DNA of 33,249 nucleotides. Source: Piromyces finnis finn (taxonomy: Eukaryota; Fungi; Neocallimastigomycota). Below are positions 13,075 to 24,410 of this stretch, piece after piece. A program made the position numbers and the translations under genes. The notes below the pieces were generated by a model. It saw nothing but the letters and a program-made list of their open reading frames with translations, had not been told where the DNA came from and made no database searches. Position 1 is the first letter of the stretch. Each line of letters starts with the position of its first letter. The stretch lies in NCBI GenBank assembly GCA_002104945.1, contig MCFH01000127.1, positions 1 through 33,249 on the forward strand, given 5' to 3'.

Positions 13075-13667
13075 GTAATGTTTAATAAATTTATTTCATA
13101 CTAAGAAGTGAAAAATATTAAGCTTTCTGTTAACTATACTTATTTTGATTTTTTTTAAAAAAAAATAAGCATTAACTCATTTTTATTGATTGATTTATTA
13201 ATATATATAAAGTATTCAAATAAGAATATATAAATTTATTAAGAATAATATTTATTATAATAAACCAAGTATTTATAAAAGCTAATTGTAAAAATAAAAC
13301 TAAAAATGATCTAATAAATACATCACTATCTGGAAATAAAAATAGAAATAATTATTTTAAGTTTGCATAATATTAAAAAATAAAACAAGTTTTATATATT
13401 TATAGTTTTTTTTTTTTTTTTTTTTTATAATATACTAATATACTAACCACTTATTTTAGTAATTGATTTCCTTTTAAATTTAAATCATTTAAATCATATT
13501 CATTAATATTTATTAATAAAATATTTTATGTAAAATTTCACAAAAATATGTTTAAATTGCATAAGTTATAACATAATCAATCTTCTTGATTTTATATACT
13601 AAGTTAATATTATTTTTTTTTTTTTTTTCTCCACCTCCAAATAGTATTTCAAAATATTAAAAATATA

Positions 13668-13739
13668 TAGCAGCGGTATGTTTCGATCATACGACCTGTG
13701 GGTTATGAGCCCACCACGCTTCCACTGCGCTACGCTGCT
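13668..13739 (-). tRNA. tRNA-iMet-CAT: Initiator tRNA-Met(CAU)
   Basis: AGCAGCG/CGCTGCT acceptor with A1:U72, GGG/CCC in the anticodon stem, loop CTCATAA, eukaryotic initiator T-loop ATCGAAA; T-run downstream. Confidence 0.97.
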
Positions 13740-13751
13740 CTTAACTGCTTT

Positions 13752-14246
13752 TGTAAAAGGTTTTTTATATTATTAGTTAATAGGTTACTAATTAGTTAAT
13801 TAAGTTAGTTATTACCTCTCTATACGAGTTAATAACTAAATAAAGTTTTATAAAAAATAATAAAAGAAAGAAAATAAATATTATAACACTAAAATAAATA
13901 TAAACACTTATATAAATATTTTATGAAATAACTTTTACTTAAATAATTATATTTTAATTATATCTTTTATTTATTAATTATAATTATCTACATTAATTAT
14001 TATTATAGCTATTAATTTACTTTAATACTAACGCTAAAGTATTTAACGTTAGTTTTGACTATACTATTTAACTATATGAGTTTATTTTCTTTACCACTTG
14101 ATTGGGTAAAGCAAATAAACTTCCTATTTAATTAATAACCATTAATATATGGTTATGCATATATTTGGCCAATAAATGGTGACCAGAATATATGGTTTCA
14201 ATTGAAATATTTGTGGGCAAACTTATGGCCACAAATATTTCTTACA
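13752..14246 (-). mobile_element. Solo LTR, family T (copy T2), 12 nt upstream of tRNA-iMet
   Basis: TGTAAAAGG...TTCTTACA; perfect TSD GCTTT (13747-13751, 14247-14251). Confidence 0.96.
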
Positions 14247-14256
14247 GCTTTGTCAA

Positions 14257-15056
14257 TGTAAGAAATAATAATTATTTGATACATAATTAATATTTCTTAG
14301 TTAAAATCATTAATTATTAATCATTAATTAATGTTAATAATATTAGTTTATTTAAATAATTATTCTCATTTAAATTTATTTTAATTATTTATTTTCACTT
14401 AATTTTAATATCTTAAATTACATTTAGCCATTTAATTATACTATTCATTAATATTTTATTTAATATTTTTATTAATTATATTTATGCATTTAACTAATTA
14501 ATTTAATTAATTACTTTTATTTAACTTTATATTTTTATCAAATATATTTAATTATTTATTTAATTAATTACTTTAAAATAATTATTCATTGTTTAGGAAT
14601 CGATATTTTAAGGTTTTTTCCAATTTCTAAAATAATTGGTTTTACTTAAAATATACGATGATCAATATGTATAGAATGTTGATCGAACTTTGTTTAGGTT
14701 TTTCTTCTAATCTTTTCCTAAACAAAAAATTATTTTGTTAAGATTAGATAAAATTTTAATTTAAACTTTAAATTTATTAAATAATATAAATAAAGACTCT
14801 TGATTCCCTTCTAAGAAATCAAGAGTTATTATTATAAGAAACAAATTATAATAATAAAAGCGTTTTTAATTTTATTTTACTTAACTTAGTTATAATAAAA
14901 CATATTAACTTATTAAAGTGTAAAATTATTTCTACTCTTATAATAAACTCGAACCTAAAGATAAGTATTAATATTTATTTTCTTTTTATTCTCAATTTAT
15001 CAATAAATTGTAGTTAATAATTCTATTATATAATAATTTATAATGGAATTATTACA
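14257..15056. mobile_element. Solo LTR, family D (copy D2)
   Basis: TGTAAGAAATA...ATTACA; perfect TSD GTCAA (14252-14256, 15057-15061). Confidence 0.92.
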
Positions 15057-15110
15057 GTCAAAAGTTTATTATTGTAAAATATTGTATTAGTTAAATAATG
15101 TATTTAATCC

Positions 15111-15926
15111 TGTCAAGAATAGAAGACGATTAAAAAATAAATTAAATATTCAAATAAATAATTTAAAAATCAAAGTTATATTTCAAAAATTATAAAACAC
15201 TTTTAAAAATAATTAAAAGATCACTTTGAAAAAATTTAATATTGAAAAGGGTTAAGGATCACAAAAATTTAATTTTCAATAAATTAACCTTTGAGAAAAA
15301 AATGCATTATACGAAACTAGTGATAACTTCTGAATCTCGCGTCCTATTTTCATTTTCTAGAGACTTCAAATCAACTTTATTAGAAAGTACTAGTTGGGAT
15401 CTATATTCTCACAAATTTTCAGCTAATTTAGACCACTAGTTCTTGAGATATAGCTATTTAAAGATTTATGTAAAATTTAATTTATTGATAAGATAAAGTT
15501 TTTTGATGATAAAATAAAATTTTAAAATTAAATAATTTTTAACTAATAAATATTTGAGATAATAAAATTTTTTTTATAAACTAAGCCTCAAAATTAGAAA
15601 TAAATAAGTTAAATTTATGTTTGAAATATAATCAACCACAAAGCAAATAAATCAAAACTTTATTTTAAGTTTAGAAAATTCTTTATTAAATAAATTGAAT
15701 TTAAATAGTTTAATACAAATAATTTCTTTTAATAAATGTATAAATGTAAACAATGTAAAATTATAATATTAAAACATGTATATTAGAATTAATTCAATTT
15801 ATTTAAAAAAGTATAAATAAAGAAAATTTCTCAACTATTGAAACGATAGTTGGAAAATAGTAGTTGTTGATAATTAATTAATTAGTATTAATAATATTAG
15901 ATTATTAATAAAGTTATAATAAAACA
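15111..15926 (+). mobile_element. LTR-like element, family E (copy E1)
   Basis: Starts TGTCAAGAATAG; about 360 bp closely similar to 21327 onward; shared end AAGTTATAAT(AT)AAAACA. No TSD; right end tentative. Confidence 0.7.
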
Positions 15927-16086
15927 TTTTTTTTATTTTATTTAAAAAACCTGGTTACCTAGCGAAGGCTTTGGTCAAATAACCTTCGTGGTAAAGTAAT
16001 CAGCAGTTGTCATAAATTAGAGGAATAAAGTTATTTTATAAATAAAAAATTATTAAAAATTAAATTGGAAGTTTTTCTGTTGTTGT

Positions 16087-16106
16087 CTTGTTTGTTTTTT
16101 TGTTTT

Positions 16107-16146
<40 letters not shown>

Positions 16147-16244
16147 TTTTGTTTTGTTTTGTTTGTTTTGTTTTGTTTTGTTTTGTTTTGTTTGTTTTTT
16201 TTTTTGTTTTGTTTTGTTTTGTTTTGTTTTGTTTGTTTTGTTTT

Positions 16245-16283
<39 letters not shown>

Positions 16284-16451
16284 TTTTGTTTTGTTTTGTT
16301 TTGTTTTGTTTTGTTTGTTTTGTTTTGTTTTGTTTTGTTTTGTTTTGTTTTGTTTTTGTTTTGTTTTGTTTGTTTTGTTTTGTTTTGTTTTGTTTTGTTT
16401 TGTTTTGTTTTGTTTTGTTTTGTTTTGTTTTGTTTTGTTTTGTTTTGTTTT
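16087..16451. repeat. (TTTTG)n / poly-T microsatellite
   Basis: Low-complexity array; source of several spurious ORFs. Confidence 0.97.
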
Positions 16452-16564
16452 AAAAATAGAGTAGCACAGACCTAAATCCAATAATTTGATTTAAAGGTTA
16501 GATTTAAATTAAATATTTTACAATTATATTTTCTATAAGAGGAATAGATTTATATATTATTTTA

Positions 16565-17267
16565 CGCCATGAATAATAGTGGATTCATGATTATTTATTT
16601 AAATAATATAACGTTTTATTTGTTTAATTAATTAGGAATATTTTATTATAAAACAGTATTAAATAATATTTAAGAGATATTCTTATTTTATAATTATTAA
16701 AATTTTATATTTATTAATGCTTGAATTAATATCCCTTTGTCCATTTGATTATGAAGGAAATTAAAATTAAATTATAAAATAATCATTCCTTCTGCAAATG
16801 ACTTATAATATGATTTTAAAATTATTAAATATAACTCGAGTTTAATAGTCATATATAATTATATATAATTAATATATATTTAATTTATAGAATAGTTAAT
16901 TAATATAAACAATTAATCATGTATTAAATATTAAATGTATTCCTTTAATATTAAAGATAGTATAAATACTCAAGAAAATTCCTATCATTAGGAATTTCGA
17001 GAGTTCATTAATCTAAATATTTAACCTAATAATAATAATTAATAATAAATTTTTTTAAATAAAATTTTTCTTTAAATAAAATTTTTTCTTTAAATAAAAT
17101 TTTTATTAATAAATAAAGTTAATTAATAAATAAAGTTAATTAATAAATTAATAATAAATTAATATTTATTTAAAATTTTATTTATCCATTCATTTCATTT
17201 ATTTAATTAATTAACAATTTAGGGTAAAATAGTACGTTCCGACCCAACCGAAGTGAAAAACCTGTCA
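16565..17267. mobile_element. Solo LTR, family C (copy C2)
   Basis: CGCCATGAAT (TG decayed to CG)...CCTGTCA; TSD TTTTA (16560-16564, 17268-17272). Confidence 0.88.
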
Positions 17268-17565
17268 TTTTATGTCAAGATTATAAGGGAATTTGAATTT
17301 ATAATTAAATCTACTAGGTTAGGATAGGCTTAATTATATAGTAAAATAATAAATTTTAAAATAAAAGAATAATAAATATAGTTTTTAAAGAATTATTTTA
17401 TTTAATTTTTATTATATAACAATAAATGATAATTATCAATTTTAAAGTATTGAATTTACTATATAAAAATGTGTATTAATAATCTCATAAAGAACTTCTT
17501 AAAGTTGTTTTTTGTTCAATTTATTTATACATCATTTTTAATATAACCTTTGATATTAATAAAAT

Positions 17566-17930
<365 letters not shown>

Positions 17931-18585
17931 ATATAAATATTAATAAAATATAATATAATTTTCTTTAAATATCGATATTAATAAGTTGATAAGTTGTTAA
18001 AAATAATATTAATAATTATTTAAATAAATCTTATTTTACTAATTAGTTTGTTTAATATTAATTAATTGCTACACTATTTATCTCCGAATAATAAATAGTT
18101 TTACAATTAATATTTATATTAAATCAACTATTATTAGTAAAATATTATTAAATTAATATTTTAATTAATTTAATTAATAATTTCAAAATTATGAAATTTC
18201 ATGAAATGTCGAATTTCATGAATTGGGATTTTGACATTTAATATAAAAAAATACTACAATAATAAATAAATAGCAACGTCTCATACAAGCTAATATTATA
18301 AATAATGTTTTTATATTAAAATTTATAAAGAAATTAGTAATTATATAATGAATAAAACCATTTAGTTATATATAATAATAAATGTTTATTCGCTTTATTT
18401 CTCTTACTAATATAAAGTATCTTTACCTATTTTAAATTAATTATTCTTTATTATGAATTATTTATTATGCTATTTTACTTTAATAATAACACTAAAGTAT
18501 TAGCGTTTGTTCACATGTTTTCTTTTATAATATTATTAATATGCATTATTGATTAATATTAAATAATATTATATACTATATAAAT

Positions 18586-18802
18586 ATTAAATTAAATATT
18601 TTTTTAAATATAAAATTAAATATTTTTTTAAATATAAAATTAAATATTTTTTTAAATATAAAATTAAATATTTTTTAAATATAAAATTGAATATTTTTTA
18701 AATATAAAATTAAATATTTTTTAAATATAAAATTGAATATTTTTTAAATATAAAATTAAATATTTTTTAAATATAAAATTGAATATTGTTTTAATATAAA
18801 AT
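18586..18802. repeat. 23-24-bp minisatellite (TAAAATTAAATATTTTTT[T]AAATA), about 9 copies
   Basis: Tandem array. Confidence 0.92.
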
Positions 18803-19626
18803 AGTTATTAGCATTTTATAATATTGTATATAATATTAAATTTTTATAATAAATTATAAATTATATCACATGAAATATTATATGATATATATTTTGATAT
18901 ATGTTTCTTTTATGTTGTAGTAATTTAATGTATAGAGTTAGTATATATATGTTTTTTCTTAATCATTTATATATTTTTTATTTTTATTTTTTTTTAATTT
19001 ATTTTTACTCCTTGAATAGTAATATGCTCTTAAAATTAACATTTCTTTCCAGATATTGTCCTGTAAGTTCATCTTGTAGTTTAGCTGTATTCCAAGATAT
19101 TCCTCTTATAATAAAAGTCTGATAAAATAGGGTTCTAATCTATTTCTTCGTTAATTTCTAATCTTTATTTTATCCCTTATTTTATAGTTGTTTTTATTCA
19201 TCATACTTTGCTGAGCTAATCTTCTACTTTTCCAATAATTTATTGTCTTTAACGTTTTACTGGCAGCTTGTTTTACTCATTTTAAAAACATTTCCATTAA
19301 TAATCCTTCTACTGATCTTTCTTTTATTATTAATATTGAATTTCTTATATTGATGTCAATTGGAATATTATCTGATCTTCCATGCAATAGTTCAAAACTT
19401 GAATAACCAGTAGACACAGATTTACAAATTCGGATAGCCCATAATGCAATTGGTAGCAATACATCCCAGTTTTCATTATTATCAGTGAAATTTCTTAATT
19501 GCTTGCCAATTTTTCTGTTCCTATTTTCAATCAGTCCATTATATTCCGGATGGTATGTGCTAATAAAATGAATATATACGTCATATAGGTCTACAAATAT
19601 TTTTGTATATTCAGAAACAAATTGAA

Positions 19627-20246
19627 TGTAAAGATATCAAACGCCACAGATTGATATCTTTAATATAACTTAAGCCATAATCATTATTGTTTAAGTTACA
19701 CGAATTATATTACAGAAAAAGAAAATGAGACATAATTTATTTATTAATAATTAAAGTTTAAAACAAAATAAATTATTAATTTATTTTTAATGTTTAACAA
19801 ATAAATTAAAATTCTCAATTCAAACCCCTAGTTTTAGTATTGTTTTGTAATAGAAATAGATATATAGTATATAATTATTAAATGATTAATATATCAATAA
19901 TACATGGGCACATATTCAAATTGAATAGTACTTAATTTGAATTGCCAACTGTATTTTACTAAAAATAGTTATAGTTTAAATATTTATTAATAATTAAGAT
20001 TTTAGGTGTAGATTTTAAATAATAATATATAAGAAATAAATAATTATAATATAGCATAAATGTATTTAGGAAAAATATAAATAGAAGATATTTTTCATCA
20101 TTTTATCGATGTAATTGTTATTAATAAAATTTCTATTATAATAAAAGATATTTTTTAATAAAACAATTTTATTTCTTATTTTATTCATTTAGTGTTATTG
20201 TAATAGAATAGATATCCTAATCTATTCTTTTTGTGTTAGCATTACA
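19627..20246. mobile_element. Solo LTR, family B (copy B2)
   Basis: TGTAAAGATATC...ATTACA; flanks TTGAA/CTGTA match 3/5; removal restores the integrase D-V-Q-F frame. Confidence 0.9.
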
Positions 20247-20839
20247 CTGTACATCATTATCTGACATTATTAATTGTGGAATTTCATGCTTGCTGAACAC
20301 TTCAACTAAAAAATTGGTTACATCTTGAGAGGTAGTAGTTCTAACTGGTTTTTCTTCTACCCACTTTGTAAAATAATCTACGCGTATCATTATATATTTG
20401 TTTCCAAGTGTAGTTTCTTTTGATGGACCTATAATACCAAAACCAAGTCTAACAAAAGGAGCTTTGACAGGTGTTCTAAATTTTTCCGTTGGTTTTGGTA
20501 GTAGTTTCAATTTGTTTAATTGATAGATTTTGCATAAGGAGACATATTTTTTTACATCAATAATTAAACTTTTTCAATAATATTTATTCTTGTTCCTTTC
20601 ATATGTTTTTTGTACACCTTCGTGTTCTGTTCTATATTCCTTTGCAGTTATCTTGGTTTTTGTATAAGGATCGTCAATAATCTCTCAAAAATTATTATTA
20701 TCTTTGAAATATAGTTTATTGTCAATAATGGCAATTTTATAATTTAAAAATTTTTTCATAAAATTGGAAACAACTTTTTCGTTTTCCCCCTCGTTAAAAT
20801 TGGAACTATTGGTTTTATTAGAGATATCAATATTGTCAA

Positions 20840-21150
<311 letters not shown>

Positions 21151-21326
21151 CTATTATTGTATAAATAAATGGAACAAAGAGTAACTTTAAAAGGTTCTTT
21201 ATGAAAGGGTTCTAATAAATAATTTTTTTTCACACAGTAAAAATATAATAAAACAAATACATTAAATACTACAACTAAGAATTAATTTTGTATATAATTT
21301 TCTTATTATATTTACAATATATTAAT

Positions 21327-22479
21327 TGTCAAGAATAGAAAACGATTAATAAATAAATTGAAATATTCAAACAATAATCTAAAAATCATCTTTATATTTC
21401 AAAAATTATAAAATAATTAAAAGGACACTTTGGAGAAATTTAATATTGAAAAGGGTTAAGGATCACAAAAATTTAATCTTCAATACATTAATCCTTGAGT
21501 AAAAAATACATTATATAAAACTAATGGTAACTTCGGAATCTCGCGTCCTATTTCCATTTTTCTATAAACGTTAAACTAACTATGTTAGAAAGTACGAGTC
21601 AAGATCAATATCCTCATGAATTTCCAGTTATTTTAGATCACTAGTTCTAAAGATATGACTATTTAAAGACCTAATTAGTACCAATTAATATATATTGAAA
21701 TGATCAATATTAATTTATATAATTAAAATCATTATTCAAGTCATCCAACTTTCTATAAATAATTTAATTTAAAAATTCTCCATTATTATTAAATAAGGTT
21801 AGATAATAAGTATTCTTGATTACAAACCTAATCAATTATAAAAATTAATTAATAATTTCTCAAATAATTTTTGATTATTAACTTCAATCAAAACCAAACC
21901 AAAAAACCTTTTGATCAAAAATCATTAGTAATAATTATTAATTAATTAATCATGAGAATACATAATTAGCATCAGCAATTGTTACTCTCAATTTATGATA
22001 TTAAATATTTATAATTTAATATGTTTAAAATAATACTTTTTATTTAAAAGAAATCTAAAAGATTAATCTTAAGATCTATCATATGAATTCATATCAATAT
22101 CAACTATTAATATTTTAATTTAAAATTATTTTATTTTTATCTTTATTATTAATATCAATATTATATCAATGTAATTTTATTAATTGTAAGAAAAGTATTT
22201 AAACAAAAAATTGAAATCATTTTGAAATTTTTTGTAAGATTATTAATTATTAATTAGTATTTATTACAATATAACTTGATAAATATTATTTTAATTGACA
22301 AATGATTAATAAATAAATTTTATAAATAATTTATATCAAATAAAAGAGTTTATATTAATTATAAGAAACCATTTAATTTTAAATTAGTATTGATTAGATT
22401 CTTTAACCGTTTTAAAGAAATAGTTTAATAATAAACAAGTTTAATATTTTATTATTAAATTAAGTTATAATATAAAACA
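21327..22479 (+). mobile_element. LTR-like element, family E (copy E2)
   Basis: Starts TGTCAAGAATAG; ends ATATAAAACA followed by TTCTAACC. Middle diverges from E1. Confidence 0.65.
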
Positions 22480-22526
22480 TTCTAACCAAGTTGCGTACCA
22501 CCCCAAGCCCACTTCACATTAATTCA

Positions 22527-22750
22527 TGTTACGGATTTCACTTCAGTTAGGTCGGAATATACATATTTACCCTAAGTTTATTAATTTAATAAATAAATGA
22601 ATAAATAAATATTTTAAATAAATAACATTTTATTAATTAACTTTATTTATTAATAAATTTTTATTTAAAGAAAAATTTTTATTTATTAAATATTATTATA
22701 ATTAGAGTAAATATTTATATTCCGACCTAACTGAAGTGAAATCCGTAACA
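22527..22750. mobile_element. Fold-back fragment of family C LTR with perfect 35-bp inverted termini
   Basis: 22527-22561 is the exact reverse complement of 22716-22750; interior is the reverse complement of the C3 right end. Confidence 0.85.
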
Positions 22751-23186
22751 ATGAACTCTCCACTCTACTACAAGACTTTGGGACTTCAAACTACTAGTTA
22801 GATCTTAAGGTTTTGTGGACTTCAAGTTGCCTTGGAATGTACAAATACATTTATTAAAGAAATAAACGCCACCTACGCCACATATGTTAACATATATTTT
22901 GGAAAATTTTTTGAGAAATGAATTTGGTGGAATTTGAAATGGAATTATGAGATTTTTGAAATTTGAATGTTGGAGAAAGTTATTAATCTATCTTTGAATT
23001 AAGGACTACTAAAATAAGTAATACTATTCTATCCTCTACTAAATGTAGAACTCCACATCCACATTGTGGATATAATTTTAAATTATACAAATTAAACTTA
23101 ATGGTTGTCTCATGAAGATTTTATATATTTCATTATTAAATTAATTTATAAAAATTGCCTAGAATTCAATTTTTGTAGACGGGCAA

Positions 23187-23835
23187 TGTCATGAATATTA
23201 GTGGATTCATGATTATTTATTTAATTAGTGTTCTATTCGTTTAATTAATTAGAAATATTTTATTATAAAACATAATTAAATAATATTTTAAGAGATATTA
23301 ATTAATTATAATTGTTAAGATTTTATATTTATTAAAATTAAAATTTGAATTAATATCTCTTTATTCATTTGATTAAGAAGGAAATTAAAACTAAATTATA
23401 AAATAATCATTCCTTCTACAAATGATTGATAACATGACTTTTATAATTATTAAATTTAACACGAGTGAAAAGTCATATATAATTAATATATAATTAATTT
23501 ATAGAATAGTTAATTAATATAAATAATTAGTCATGTATTAAATTTAAAATGTATTCCTTAATATTAGAGATAGTATAAATACTCGAGAAAATTCCTATCA
23601 TTAGGGATTTCGAGAGTTCATTACATTTAATATTTACTCTAATTATAATAATATTTAATAAATAAAAATTTTTCTTTAAATAAAATTTTTTCTTTAAATA
23701 AAAATTTATTAATAAATAAAGTTAATTAATAAAATGTTATTTATTTAAAATATTTATTTATTCATTTATTTATTAAATTAATAAACTTAGGGTAAATATG
23801 TGTATTCCGACCTAACTGAAGTGAAATCGGTAACA
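23187..23835. mobile_element. LTR, family C (copy C3)
   Basis: TGTCATGAAT...CGGTAACA; homologous to C2; no TSD; preceded by purine-rich AGACGGGCAA (possible PPT). Confidence 0.85.
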
Positions 23836-23895
23836 ATACATTGTAGTTAAGAATTTGCATATATAATTAAAATTATATATTTAGATTACATATGA

Positions 23896-24389
23896 TGTAA
23901 AAGGTTTTTATATATGTTAGTTAATAAGTTAAATATAACAAGTTAATTAAGTTAGTTATTACCTCTCTATACGAGTTAATAACTAAATAAAGTTTTATAA
24001 AAAATAATAAAAGAACTAAAATAAATATTATAACACAAAAATAAATATAATACGATAAATATTAATATGAAATATTATTTACTTAAATAATTATTATAAT
24101 TATTATCTTTTATTTATTAGTTATAATTATATACATTAATTATTATTATAGCTATTAATTTACTTTAATACTAACGCTAAAGTATTTAACGTTAGTTTTG
24201 ACTATACTATTTAACTATATGAGTTTATTTTCTTTACCACTTGATTGGGTAAAGCAAATAGACTTCCTATTTAATTAATAACCATTAATATATGGTTATG
24301 CATATATTTGGCCAATAAATGGTGACCAGAATATATGGTTTCAATTGAAATATTTGTGGGCAAACTTATGGCCACAAATATTTCTTACA
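23896..24389 (-). repeat. 3' LTR of element T (494 bp)
   Basis: Differs from the 5' LTR by 2 transitions and 3 one-base homopolymer indels by my alignment. Confidence 0.97.
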
Positions 24390-24400
24390 ATGCCCCCCTG
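24390..24400 (-). promoter_or_regulatory. Polypurine tract
   Basis: Minus strand CAGGGGGGCAT immediately before TGTAAG of the 3' LTR. Confidence 0.8.
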
Positions 24401-24410
24401 AGGAGAAAAC

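Noticed and set aside
18191-18222. Perfect heat-shock-element pattern GAA-at-TTC-at-GAA
   Set aside because: One such match is not unexpected in 33 kb of AT-rich DNA, and there is no gene or promoter context.
23842-23890. 49-bp TGTAG...TTACA segment next to the element T TSD as a mini-element
   Set aside because: No second copy, no TSD, AT-rich chance termini.
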